Positions 38,898-50,995 of a stretch of DNA of 64,000 nucleotides are shown in pieces. A program made the translations under genes and the position numbers. The notes beneath the pieces were generated by a model. That model made no database searches. It was not told where the DNA came from and saw only the letters and a list, made by a program, of their open reading frames with translations. Origin of the DNA: Podarcis cretensis (lineage: Eukaryota). The stretch lies in contig OX638150.1 of the NCBI GenBank assembly GCA_951804945.1, forward strand, positions 43,400,001-43,464,000. The letters run 5' to 3'. Each line of letters starts with the position of its first letter. Within the stretch, counting starts at the first letter, position 1.

Positions 38898-41479
38898 TAC
38901 TCTACTGAGCAAGGTGTCTGAGACGAAGATCAACAGAGATATAATATTTTGTGTGTAAAAGGGGGGGGGGCAGGGGACATGTAAATGTTAGGGGAGGCCA
39001 TAACATACCTATAGGTTTGGCCGATGAGTTATCACTGCATATACTGGCTATCATGTGCCTAACACATTTAATGCCAGGCTTCATTGAGTAGATACATGCA
39101 GCTCCTTGCAGTGCTTTGAAATGAGATTACCTACTTTGTGTCCTGCTCAGAATTCCTTATTCTCCACCTTCCCTACCCCAATATATCCATTTCAGTCCAA
39201 TATTCTTGCCACATCCTTGTGCTGGATAGGACGGATAGCATACTGGAGGCATATTGCCCCCACCCACCCCCAGCAGTTCTTCTGCCTATGTGCAGACTCC
39301 ACAGGCTCTGTGCATTGTTCATAGGGTAGCAAGGGAAGCTGTTAAATGAGTGTCGTACTGTGTTGTACTCCCCCAGGCCAACTTGTTTAATTCCTTCCAG
39401 TAAGCCTGTGAGGTCTCTTTCCTTACTAGAAGACTTATGTGGATAATATTTAACTACAATGTGCCAAGTTCCCACCTGGGCATGTATCCTGTAGCTGGGG
39501 CACCACAGCAGGGTCAGCCTCTGACTCAGACAGCCTAGATTGAAGGTAGTGCCAGAAAGAATTTGCCAGCGCATTCCAAGTTGGCACCACTCAAACTGTT
39601 GTTACTGAGAAAGTGCTTCTAATTTGGCTCAACCTCTTAGTCTCCATCCCCCACCTACAGAAGCCAAGCTTTAAATGCACACAGCTTCATTTTTGTGCAT
39701 ATCCTTCACCTGTTGACTGTGTATCTATCCTTTCCCCTTCTATAATTATGCTCCCAATCTGTCATAGCTAAGATTGCAGTGTTCTTGGGGCATGGACCTG
39801 CCTTCTTATGCTTATGTTACTTATTCCTGCAGAGCACCATGTATGTTGATGGCACAATAGAATAATCATAATTTGCAAAAGGCTTCACAATCCTTATCTC
39901 ATTTTATTTTTTTACCCTTACGACTAATCACAGATTTATACACATTTTACAGAAACACTTGCACATGGACATGACTGAGGGTTTTCAGCTCAGGACAAAA
40001 GCCCTCACTAGGACTTGACACATTTAGACTTCAACTCTAAGCACACATACCGTACGTCAAAGTGATGCCGTTAGGATTGGACTGGAGCTGCCTAAGGAGC
40101 TTAATGGTGCTACACAGCAAAGAAATGGATGCTCTCTTTCTTCCGATGGACAGATGGTGGAAGCATGGAGATCCTTTTGCAGTTCCAACCAAGAAGAGGC
40201 ACCATTCTGGACAGCTAAGTTTTCATTACTGTCCTACTTATTGGTGTAGTCCATTAATGGCAAGCACAGTTCTGGGCATAATTTTAAGAGCCGAAGGTTT
40301 GAGAACTATATCTATTGTTCTTATTAGTAAAAGGAACCTACCGTCGTAAGAGAATTCAGCCTTCATAGTGCCAAAAGCAAAGGAACAGGGCAGTAATGGT
40401 CTGCTTAAACTTCCTAAAGAGCTCCGCATAATCCAGGCTGGCGTTGGATATGCAGTGGTTTGAGCAAGGGGTGTGTGAGAGGAGTCAGAGGGGGTTTTGT
40501 TTTGCTTTTTTCTAGCTGGGGAAGGGGGAGAAGCTGTTTGCCTGAATCTGAAATTATGGACTCTTATGTAGTTCTAAGGAGAGAGTCCAGTCGAGAATGG
40601 GAGAGGTTGCACCCAGGACTGCTGGGTTCTTGGACCATTTATCATTCCTATTTCGGTGGCAGACTGTCTATTGCTGTAATGCTTCCCTCCTTCTCTTTCG
40701 CCTGTTTCCTCACTGCAGTTATGCATGGTTTCTTTGCTCTCTTTATAGTAGCATTTCCATGAAATGTCTAGCAACATGAGAACATTTTTAGTACTAGCTG
40801 GATGCTGCTTTAGCTAACGTTCTGGGCTCAGTTGAGCGGAAGGGCAGTATATAAATAAAACTTTTATTAATAATATAATTATAATAAAAATAACACTTAC
40901 CTAGTGCTCACAAACATTAGCAATAATTCCTTGAGCAACCTTGCAAAGTAGGTTGATATCTATATTTGCAGTTTGGTGACTAAGAGAGAGAAGGGTGACT
41001 TGCCCAAGGCTACGAAGGGGGCAGCAGGGTGGATTGACTTTAAATCGTGCCAACTTAAATAATGGATTTTAAACCACCTAGAAAGACCATTTTTAAAATA
41101 TTGATTTTTTTACATCGCAAGAAGGTGAACCATTCACATGTCACTTACATACTAGTAAGTTTCTACAACAATGAAACATATTGGTTTGCTTCTAATTAGA
41201 ACCTTTATACAGCCTAGTAGCATAATCTGCATTTTGTTGTCATTGATCGTGTGTCCTACCTGCACAGCAAAATCATATCTGCTTAGAACCAGACCTTCGG
41301 CTTAGCTCTGTGGATGTATGCAAGGATAGTAGGCAACAGGCATGGGATTGGGCTATAAGTGTACTTCCAATTGCATAAAATTATGTTTCCCTATTAAAGG
41401 GAAAGTCACTGTGCATATTGCTTCATTTATATGAACATCTGTGACTAAGTTGAGTTCTGAACAGATTGCAGAATCTAGG

Positions 41480-42263
41480 TAGTTGGGAGGCATAAAGTAG
41501 GGGTATAATATTCCCCATATGGAAAATCGATAACAGATAGGCTACTTACAAGGATTTTCTGAAGTTTAAAGAGAGTTTAAAGTTTAGAGTTTAAAGTTTG
41601 AAAAGAGAAGAGGTATCAGATTATACTATAGTTTGGTTTCAGTACTTCGAGGTGAACGGGTTATTTAAAAAATGTTTTAAAAAGAATTTGGGGAAACTAA
41701 TTCAGAATTTGAAAAAATTGTAATAGGAAAGGATGCGAAACTGATTTCTAAGATTTATAAACTGTTATTGGAGTGGGAAGCTAAAGGCAAAATGGTAAAG
41801 GCGACAATGATTAAATGTGCTATAGATATTGGTTATAATACAGAAATGTCAGTGTGGGAAAAACTATGGGGGAGGACTATGAACTTCTCTGCCTGCTACC
41901 TTATTAAGGAACATTTACAAAAGATGATTTAATGGTGGTAACTTGAAACCCAGCAAAGTGGTGAAAATGTACAAAAAAAGGTCAAATCTATGCTGGAAGT
42001 GCCACAAGGTACAGGGAACCCTGATCTATATGTGGTGGTTGTGTAAATATGATAGAGAATACTGGGAGATTCTATTAAATAAAGGAAGATTTGAGATGAA
42101 AATTGGTGGAATTGCAGATTATGCAGCCAACAAATGACTACCTAGAATGCCATGGAGAGAGGGACTAGGAAGTCTGAGGATAAGAGATAATGATGAGTAT
42201 TGTATGGTGTATATATAAGTTGTATAAATGCATAAACAAAATAATAATATAAATAAATAAATA
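41480..42263 (+). mobile_element. L1-like LINE 3' fragment with A-rich tail
   Basis: ISKIYKLL and C-terminal CWKC...GTLIYMWWLC motif; (AAAT)n tail. Confidence 0.7.
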
Positions 42264-42387
42264 GACAGATCACACATATAGGCTCTGTGGATGATTCTAG
42301 TGATATTCGGAATAGCACCCATTGAATCATAGTGCTAACCTGATTCCAGTGCCTGTAAACAACTCATTGTTATGTTTTCCCTTGCAG

Positions 42388-42688
42388 AGTGATCCAGGCA
42401 ACTGGTCAGTGCTGGAGCAGCTGGGCCTGGACCAGAGCTCAGATTTCTCAGACACCAGTGTACAGCAGAAGTTGGATGAAGAAAAGGAGAAGATTAAGCG
42501 TGAGATTCGAAAAGAGCTGAAGATAAAGGAGGGAGCAGAAAACTTGCGCAAGGCAACCACAGACCGTAAGAACCTCTCCAATGTGGACAACTTGCTCAAG
42601 AGTTCCAACCGCAAGCTGGAGGCCCTGCACCACCAACTGCAGGATCTCAATGCACATATTGTCGTCAAAGACCCTGAAGAGCTGGGGG
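42388..42688 (+). CDS. PKN1: PKN1 exon 2 (HR1a)
   Basis: ttgcag|AGT...G|gtaagt; [14 protein letters not shown]...[16 protein letters not shown]...KDPEELG; 301 nt, phase 0/1. Confidence 0.95.
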
Positions 42689-43813
42689 GTAAGTGTGTGC
42701 AATGGATGGGTGGGAAGTCAAGGGTCAGGTGCTATGGGGGAGCCAAAAAGCAAGCAGAGATTTAGGGCAAGAATGGGTAGAAACTGATGACAAGGTGCTC
42801 AAGCTTTTCTTAGGTATTTGTGGATTTAAGTCTCTCTCTGGCTTCCTGACGATTTCAGCTGGCAAGAGTTTAAAGAACTACAGAGAGGGTTGTTAAATTG
42901 TGTTGGTGAGCTTCCCTTGATCAAGACATATCAAATCTTTTAAACACCTCTCACGGTGAGCAAATCCGCGACTTTACTGGGTGGTGTGTGCTCTTTCCCC
43001 TAGTTTGGTGAGAGGCATTTAAAAGGAAATGGCTGGTTTAGCGAAAGCTGTCCATAGCTAAGTTAAAGAAGTCACTCATATAAAACAGGACTGGCGGCAT
43101 CTGCCTGCACTTAAGAATAATTTTGTGGCATATAGAATAGGATAACCCATCCTGAATGCAAATTAAGAACAGATCTTCCAGTAGGCTTCTGTACTGGGAA
43201 TAAGGGCATTTATTCTTAGAATTATTTCAGTATCAATACATGGGAAAGCAATTTTTAAAAAGCTTTTATAAAAATGTGGGAACTGCTTTAAAGTGTGAAA
43301 AGTGTCTCTCTTATCCCAGGGTACATTCTTCCAGAGTGTGCAGCATCTTATTTTGACTATTCTTCAAATGTTTTAAGACACTATCAAATTCTGCAAAAAT
43401 GGGCTGTCCCTTCAAACAGTATAGATTGAGGCATGTATTGCTGAGTCAGGAGCTGTATCCCTCTCCTTTTATTATGCAAGAATCATTATAATATGACAAT
43501 TTTAATTTGTTTTGATGAAGATGACTGTTAGCCTCTTTGAGTATGTTATAGAATAGCAAGCTATAACCTGCCATTTATTATTATGTAATAATTACCTTTC
43601 AGATTAGGCTTACTTCAGCTACTATTTTTGAAAACTTGCACATTTCACCTGCATTTTGTTTTGGGGGAAAGTTCAGAATATAGAAGTGAGTATTAATAAT
43701 TCAGTTAGCTTCGTATTTGTCATTGGAGAAACACAGCTTTCCATAGGTTGCTACCTACAGTTCTTGAATGTTCATAAAACCATCAACAAAGCTGTGAAAC
43801 TGTGTATTTGTGG

Positions 43814-43855
43814 TGTGTGTGTGTGTGTGTGTGAGTGAGAGATAAACAGAAAGAA

Positions 43856-43895
<40 letters not shown>

Positions 43896-43896
43896 A
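43814..43896. repeat. compound (GT)n-(AAAG)n microsatellite
   Basis: Direct reading. Confidence 0.95.
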
Positions 43897-45522
43897 CTCA
43901 TTTGAACTGCCAGGCATTGTTTGTTTAAAAACTGTTCCGTATAGATCCACACCCTAGCCTGTTGGCACCTTTGTATGGTAGAGGAAACTTTACACTTTGC
44001 CAATCCTGTTTGTATGCTCCTCCCTACCTGGCTGTTCCCAGCCCCTTTTTCCTAATAAGCAGTGGCTATGCCAGTCTCCAGAGCAGAAACTTGGCAGCTG
44101 GCCTGTGCGTGTGCAAGGAGGCATTGGGGAATAAGCAGCAGCAGGGAGAGAAACATCCCCAAACCCCTCTGTATGAAGCAATCGAAAAAAGGCACAATGG
44201 AGCCCATGGAGCACACAGGCAGAACCTTAAAATGTCAAGGCGCCACTTCCATTCCAAGATAGCTTGTTACAACGATGGGGCTGCACCTTATGGAGAGGCA
44301 GCGGCCTGTGACTTTGCAAAAGAGGAAGTGGTTGCTGTTGTACCCGACTCCACTGTCAAGCACAGGCCACAAAAATAGGGGGAGGGGGGAGAGCCTGCGT
44401 ATATATATATAACTGGGCTAGAAAGACTGCAGGGCTTGGGCGTGGCTGTTTCCTTTTTGCTTGGAGACCGTAGGCTCGGAGCCCCCTGCAAACCAGAGGT
44501 CAGAAAGGATAAGAGTTCTGGATGGGCCACTGTCTAAGCCTGTCCTCATTCAGCCTGTGGGCTGTAATGTGGTGTTGCTGACAACACTGCAAGTGTTCTT
44601 TCTCACCAAGTGCTTTGTAAATCTAGGATTTACTCAGTGGTGTACTGGCTTAGAAGATCTGAGCTGCTCTCTTTTTCTCTTTTTTTTCTGAAAAGGATTC
44701 ATTCCAGTTGGCTTGCTTTACACTACATTGCACAGCAGTGAATACCAAGCAGTTCTGGCAGCCTTTCTCAAGAACCGGCCCCCAATCTTATAGTCCATTC
44801 TTTGTCTCTGGGAGAGAGAGAAAAGCGCTAAACTGGGAGTGTTGGGACCGCACCATTGCCTAATGCTAGTTCCACATGATGTCAGCTAGGGTCCAGAATT
44901 TAAAGTGCCAAAGTCTGAATACGACCTCTCTTAAAAGCCTTTGACCTATGTATTCAGTGAAGAGTTGTCTGCCCTGACATGGATGTTGCACAAAATACAT
45001 ATATTATTGTTTATGCATCTAATTGTATGCAACTCTTTCATAGATTAAATCACACTCAAATGCACTAGACCAGACCTGTAGAAGTTTCTCTGGATCCAGG
45101 AACATACTAGATACTGGTTAACTGAATTCAGCTTTTTTTCTCCTGTCTGTCTCATTGGCAATCTGCTCTTGGATGGAAAACATAATGAGGGAATCCTCTT
45201 ACTAGGCTTGACAAAGCATCCTTTGTATAACTCTTTATATTTAGTATTTAAATGACAACTTCTTTGTAACAAATGGCCCTTTGGTTGAAACAAGTGAATT
45301 TGTGTTTTTATATAATTTGAATAGAATTCAGAAAGATTTCAACGTGCTCATACTGATCAAAGTAACAATAAGCAATGACACAATTTAAAGCAATATCTTT
45401 TTTTTTTTTTTAATGGATCCATAAAACAGTACTGAAGTAGCAAAAAAAGGGATATCATCTGCTGCTGCTTTAGGTTTTCATAGACACTAAAATCCTGAGT
45501 ACACTCACATTTTAGCCTGGTA

Positions 45523-46018
45523 CAGTGGTACCTCGGGTTACGTATACTTCAGGTAACATACGCTTCAAATTACAGACTCCGCTAACCCAGAAATAGTACC
45601 TCGGGTTAAGAACTTTGCTTCAGGATGAGAACAGAAATCGTGCGGCGGCAGCAGCAGGAGGCCCCATTAGCTAAAGTGTGGTGTAGAGTGTGGAGCCAGT
45701 GTGGTGCAGTGGTTAAGAGCGGTAGATTCATAATCTGGGGAACCAGGTTCGCGTCCCCGCTCCTCCACATGCAGCTGCTGGGTGACCTTGGGCTAGTCGC
45801 ACTTCTCTGAAGTCTCTCAGCCTCACTCACCTCACAGAGTGTTTGTTGTGGGGGAGGAAGGGAAAGGAGAATGTTAGCTGCTTTGAGACTCCGTAGGGTA
45901 GTGATAAAGCGGGATATCAAATCCAAATTCTTCTTCTTCTAAAGTGGTCTTCAGGCTAAGAACAGCTTCAGGTTAAGAATGGACCTCCGGAACGAATTAA
46001 GTACGTAACCAGAGGTAC
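45523..46018 (-). mobile_element. Tc1/mariner-type MITE, copy 4, interrupted by SINE
   Basis: TA+CAGTGGTACCTCGGGTTA start; interior colinear with copy 3 on both sides of the SINE; right TIR eroded. Confidence 0.8.
45679..45938 (+). mobile_element. young tRNA-derived SINE (Squam3-like)
   Basis: GGAGCCAGTGTGGTGCAGTGGTTAAGAGC...GGTTCGCGTCCCC head, (TTC)n tail, 8-bp TSD CTAAAGTG. Confidence 0.8.
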
Positions 46019-46543
46019 TTAAAAACTCACCAAACTGAGCACAAAGCAAGTAGCTCTGGGGGTGGGGAGTATTCCAGAGTTGAGAGACCACCTCTGAGAA
46101 GACCTTTCCCTCCTTGAGGTAACCTGGACCTCATGGTTTTAATGGTTAAGAAGCAGTGCTTTAAATTCTGCCCAGAAAGGGGCAGCAAGTAGGTACAGCA
46201 GCCTGAAAACTGGTGAGATACCTTCTCCAAACTAGTAGACTGGCTGATACATCTTATTCTGTGCTGAGGTCCAGCAACCTCTAAACCAGAACACAATCTA
46301 AATGTGCTCATTGGCTTGATTCAATCTTGTCCCCAGTGCCTCCTGGGGGGTTACGGATTCCAAGATGCCAATGAGCCGGGATGGGCTTAAAGATGTGTAT
46401 GCATCCCTTTGCATGCTCTTGATGGTCCCTGCTACGTGATGCCAGTTCCCTACCTGCTAGCTCATGCATTCGGATGGTTCCCCTGATAGTGGTGGTCTGG
46501 GATTTGTGCCCTCTTGGCATTAACCACTTTACTGTCTTCCCAG

Positions 46544-46689
46544 ATGCCCCACAATCGCCAGGCAGCCTGAGCCGATCAACAGCTACCAAGAACCGCATTG
46601 CTGGCCTGGAGAAGCAGCTCAATATTGAGCTGAAGGTGAAGCAGGGAGCAGAGAACATGATACAGATGTATGCCAACGGTGCTGCCAAG
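46544..46689 (+). CDS. PKN1: PKN1 exon 3 (HR1b N-part)
   Basis: cccag|AT...AAG|gtttgt; DAPQSP...[28 protein letters not shown]; 146 nt. Confidence 0.95.
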
Positions 46690-47968
46690 GTTTGTGGATG
46701 TTGCTGGCTGGCTGCCTCCTCTCCTGCCCTGAACTTAGCTAGTCCCTGCGTGCTCATCCACTAAAATGCAAATATACCAGCAAAGCTGCCAGATGCAGAA
46801 CTAGACCATTGGTCAACCTAGCTCAATGTTGTCCTCTCTGACAGGCAGCAGGTTCTCTCCCAAGTTCTTTGGCAGAAAGCCTTTCCAAACCTGAAACGCA
46901 AGGTGCTTTGAACTATGCAAGTATGCTAGCCTTCTCACCTCTGGCTGCCACTTGCTTCCAGCAAAGCCGGAATGGCAGGCTGGTTGCATGTATAGTTGCA
47001 AAAGAGGGAAAGTTCCTAGATTATGATATCAGCAGATAATTCCTGCTGGTCCGTGTAATTATTTCCTATTAGACCAGTAAACATTTCTGAGTACACTCTT
47101 ATGCTATGGCTGTATGTCTTAACCGTTAGCTGCAAAAAACATCTAAATACAGTTGCTCTATTAAGCAGTGCCACATACGGTTGCACCAGGAAAATTTTGG
47201 TCCAGATATCACATGCAGTTACACATTTTCATATGATCTCGTCCTTGGGACCAAGATGGCAGCAGTTGACTGAACTGATAGGAAAATAACATTTTTGTGC
47301 ACCTGAACTTTTGGGGGAGGCAGGCGCTTCTGTGGATGATTTTGCCGTCTTTGTTATCAGGTTCTCAGGACTGAAAAGAAAAAGAAATAGTTGGGTGGGA
47401 TTCAATGTAGTAAAAGGCAAACATTCTGTCAGCACAAGAGTTTCTTCTTGCTGAACAGAATGTCCCCATCCCCCCATGCAATTCAAAACTGTTCTAAGGA
47501 TTCCCCCAACCCTCTGGAGCAGATCTGGGGACAGGGTGAGGCACACTTGGAGGAAGGAAATGAGGGACAATCCAGTTGCTCAGGTGAACATTCCACTCGC
47601 GCAGTTATTTATTAAAATACCACTTTCAAATTTGCTGCGATTGGGTTTTCTGGTTTTAAATATTCACATTGGAAACCACTTTTGTTGAGGAAGCAGACTG
47701 GTTACTTAAAGGGATTCTGTAGCTGCTTCTGTTTTGAGGCTTACCCCATAGACTGGATGCCTAGGATGTGGTTCAGTATGCAGAAGAATAGGACATGATA
47801 CCTCCAGGTTTGGGAAGCATGGGGGCGTGTTTTCTTCTGTTATGGCTAGGGACTGATTTCACTGAGAGCCAGATGGGCAGGTTTTGCCCTTGGATTGGGA
47901 TGCATTCTAATGACTAATTCTCTCCTGCCGTCCCTGCTAATCCCACCCCCACCTGGCCTGCCCTCTAG

Positions 47969-48098
47969 GATCGGAAGCTGCTGCAGACAGCCCAGCAGAT
48001 GCTACAGGACAGCAAGACCAAGATCAATATAATCCGCATGCAGATCCGCAAGGCTATGCAGGCTGACGAGGTGCAGCTGAATATGGAAGATGGGCAAG
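47969..48098 (+). CDS. PKN1: PKN1 exon 4 (HR1b C-part)
   Basis: ctctag|GAT...CAAG|gtgaag; [29 protein letters not shown]; 130 nt. Confidence 0.93.
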
Positions 48099-48211
48099 GT
48101 GAAGGGGAGGATAAAGAAGGCGGTCCCTGTGGCCGGCAGGCTGCTCTGCAAAAACCAACGTCCCTTACTCCCACTTTTTAACCTTTAAAGAGCCCTTCGA
48201 GAGCTGGAGAA

Positions 48212-48658
48212 TGTCAGGAGCTCATCCTACACTCGAGTAGGACCCTGGCAGAGACACATGCCCGACTGGCATGTTCCCTCCCTCCTGGTTGATCGTTCGG
48301 GAGCTTCAAAGCTTTCTTCAGCCCAAACATCACAGCGACCGATGCCAACAGATACCGGCACACTTAGGGATCCACAGAGTCTTTGCAGCTTGCATAACAG
48401 ACCACAGCAACTCAGCATTTTGGCTAATCTACTTTATTTACATATAAACACACACGGAGCACTGCAACATGGCTCCCCCCCCTCTCTAGCATCAGACAGC
48501 AAAGAGAAAATGAACAAAAGACAATAGTCCCACTTCACGGAACACAGTAACACAAACATCCTGTCTCCATCACTTCCCACTCTGTGGAGTCAAAACATAC
48601 ACCGTCATGTGATAGACAAGAATCCTATGACTGCAGTCATGGAGCAGGAATTCTAACA
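48212..48658 (-). mobile_element. solo LTR (447 bp) in PKN1 intron 4
   Basis: TGTCAGGA...TTCTAACA ends, perfect 5-bp TSD GAGAA (48207-48211, 48659-48663), TTTATT at 48433-48438. Confidence 0.8.
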
Positions 48659-48824
48659 GAGAATGCTCCCTGGAGCAGTTTGAATAACCTCCACCTGGTG
48701 CTGGGGAAACTGCCCCCCCCCATTTCCTTGTGCCTGGGATGCATGTGTTCTGGGTTCCCTCCACAACTATTCCTGCCATCTGATGCAGATAGCAGATGCC
48801 TGACGCCCATCCTGTTACTTGCAG

Positions 48825-48970
48825 GTAACACTGACCTGAGCACCATCGAGTTGAGGATTGAAGAGCTGCGGCACCACTTCCGGGTGGAGCACGCTGTTTC
48901 CGAGGGGGCCAAGAATGTGCTGCGCCTTCTGGGCTCCACCAAAGTTCAGGACCGCCATGCCATCTCCGAG
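48825..48970 (+). CDS. PKN1: PKN1 exon 5 (HR1c)
   Basis: ttgcag|GT...GAG|gtaatg; [35 protein letters not shown]; 146 nt. Confidence 0.95.
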
Positions 48971-49621
48971 GTAATGGGCGCTTCGCTCAGCTGGGGGGGG
49001 GGAGGCAGGTCTCATACGGTCCGATTATATACACTCACACTTACGTGCACATAATTATAAATGGTTTGGGAATTGTTAACGGGTCCTTTCCCTAGGACTA
49101 CTATAAGCAGCTAATAGGGTTGAAATCAGCCAAACTCCTCTCCCCATTCCCCCCACCCTGGCTTAGGTTTCCTCTTGCAGCATTCACTATGAATGAAGCC
49201 GTCTAGGGGAAACAAGCAGACCATCTGTTTGTCACAGAGGTTGTGGCAGGTATCATAATTTGCAGAGTCTCCATAAGCAGAGTCTGGCAGGAATCTGAGA
49301 TAAGTTAAAAGGTCTAGGACATCTATTTGTCCTTCTTGACTGTTCTACAGTTCCCTCGCCTGTGACCTGTCGCATCCAGTTCTACTTGCTGCTGAAATTA
49401 GGAATGGGTGGGTTATTGTATTTGAGTCGCCCAGCTGCAAGCTCTGCTACTGAGATGTGACTTCGGATGTTTGTGAATTAATGAGTACTGTGCCTCCGTG
49501 TCATCGTTCATATGCCAAGAAGACTGTGGTATTAGTACAAGGTTGGGAAATGGGGTGGCGGATGGAACACCCATCAGTGCCATGTGTAGGATGTAGCCAT
49601 ATTTGTGCCTGGCCGTTTTAG

Positions 49622-49835
49622 GCACAGACCAAGCTGAACGAGTCGAGCCAGAAGCTGGACCTTTTGCGGCACTCCCTGGAGCAGCGTCTATCTGAGCTGC
49701 CTCAAGATCACCCAAAGGGCTGCCTCATCAAGGAAGAGCTCATCCTGGCATCCTCCCCGGCCTTCAGTGCCCGTAATACCACTTCCTACCAGCACAACCA
49801 ATACAACACCCTCTCAAAGCCATCTCCACTCACAG
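49622..49835 (+). CDS. PKN1: PKN1 exon 6
   Basis: ttttag|GCA...ACAG|gtaact; [32 protein letters not shown]...LSKPSPLT; 214 nt. Confidence 0.95.
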
Positions 49836-50150
49836 GTAACTGGACTTAGCTTTGCTTGGGGTGCCTCCAAAGCCCCTGCAGCTCACCATTGCTATTTTTG
49901 GCGGGGTTTTCTGAAGTATTAAGCACTGTCCACTCCCTAAATGCCCCAGGGCTGTCCATAGTTAGCACCTCTCTAATTTGCTCAAGACTCCTTCCACGCC
50001 TCACTCTCTCCTTTCCCATACCTTAGTAGTGGGAGAACTCTTGCTCTCTCAAACCCTTAAGAAGACTCCAGGGAGTTGCTCTGCTTCGAATGCTCCTGAG
50101 CAGGGCCTGCTGGACCTTCCCCTTTGAGCTGTTGTCTCTCTTGTTGATAG

Positions 50151-50351
50151 GGATGCTGGAAGTGCAGCTGTTGGGCTGCAGCGAGCTGTTAGAATATGTC
50201 CCAGGACGCACCCGTGGCTCCACCGTCTCCCTGCCGTGCAACAGCCCTGGTGAAGCGCGGCCATCTTTCATGAGCCGCAGCGGGCGAGGCCTGTACAGCC
50301 GAAGCGGCAGCGTAAGCGGCAGGACCACCATCAAATCAGAAGATAATAGCA
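50151..50351 (+). CDS. PKN1: PKN1 exon 7 (C2-like domain start)
   Basis: gatag|GG...AGCA|gtgagt; MLEVQLLGC...[12 protein letters not shown]; 201 nt. Confidence 0.93.
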
Positions 50352-50561
50352 GTGAGTAATGTGGGGGCGGGGCGAGTTGGCAGGCTCTAAACTGGGCAAA
50401 GGGTCAACTGGAAGAAGGGAGACCTTCTAGCACAACTAGTTCTACATGGGGGGTCTGTGGTTCCTGTCTTTCTCTCAGCGGTTCAGTCAACATCAGGTGG
50501 AATCCTTCTATTCTGTTTTTTCTCATTCATCTCTAATTTAAGAGATTTTATTTTTATTTTT

Positions 50562-50647
50562 TAAATTGTCCAGTAGCACCTTAGAGACCAACTAAGTTTG
50601 TTCTTCATACAAGCTTTCGTGTGCATGCACACTTCTTCAGATACACT
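50562..50647 (-). mobile_element. Penelope-like element terminal remnant
   Basis: GCACCTTAGAGACCAAC...GCTTTCGTG...CTTCTTCAGATAC signature as recalled for reptile Penelope-like ends. Confidence 0.7.
50607..50644 (-). ncRNA. minimal hammerhead ribozyme motif
   Basis: Minus strand GUAU-CUGAAGA-A-GUGUGCAUGCACAC-GAAA-GC-UU-GUAU. Confidence 0.6.
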
Positions 50648-50885
50648 CATAAGAGATTTTGTTCGCTCTGCCATCATCTGCTGAAGAATGTCAACAGTAA
50701 GTTGGGTATCTGAAGACGCATTTCTTTTCTCTGCTGTCCTTTTCCTGGTACATGACATGCTGAGTGTTGGGACACACACCCTGTTTCCTGCTTCACTTTT
50801 TAAGAGTTAACACTTCTGAACTTGTTCCCCTTTCTTACTTGCTGTCTGTCGCTTTTCCAGCTTATTGGTACTCTTCCTCTTGCAG

Positions 50886-50995
50886 ATGAGGTGAGTGCTG
50901 TGCTGAAGCTGGATAATGTAGTTGTTGGCCAGACGGCCTGGAAACCCAGCGGCCTGCAAGCCTGGAATCAGACTTTCGCAGTGGAGCTGGAGAGG
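50886..50995 (+). CDS. PKN1: PKN1 exon 8 (C2-like)
   Basis: ttgcag|AT...AGG|gtatgt; [20 protein letters not shown]...FAVELER; 110 nt. Confidence 0.95.

Noticed and set aside
45690-45770. tRNA-like sequence (also ~36230 and ~7750)
   Set aside because: SINE heads continuing into SINE bodies and tails; no complete cloverleaf.
42327-50334. Minus-strand ORFs at 42327, 46308, 47965, 48637 and 50023
   Set aside because: Antisense shadows of PKN1 exons.
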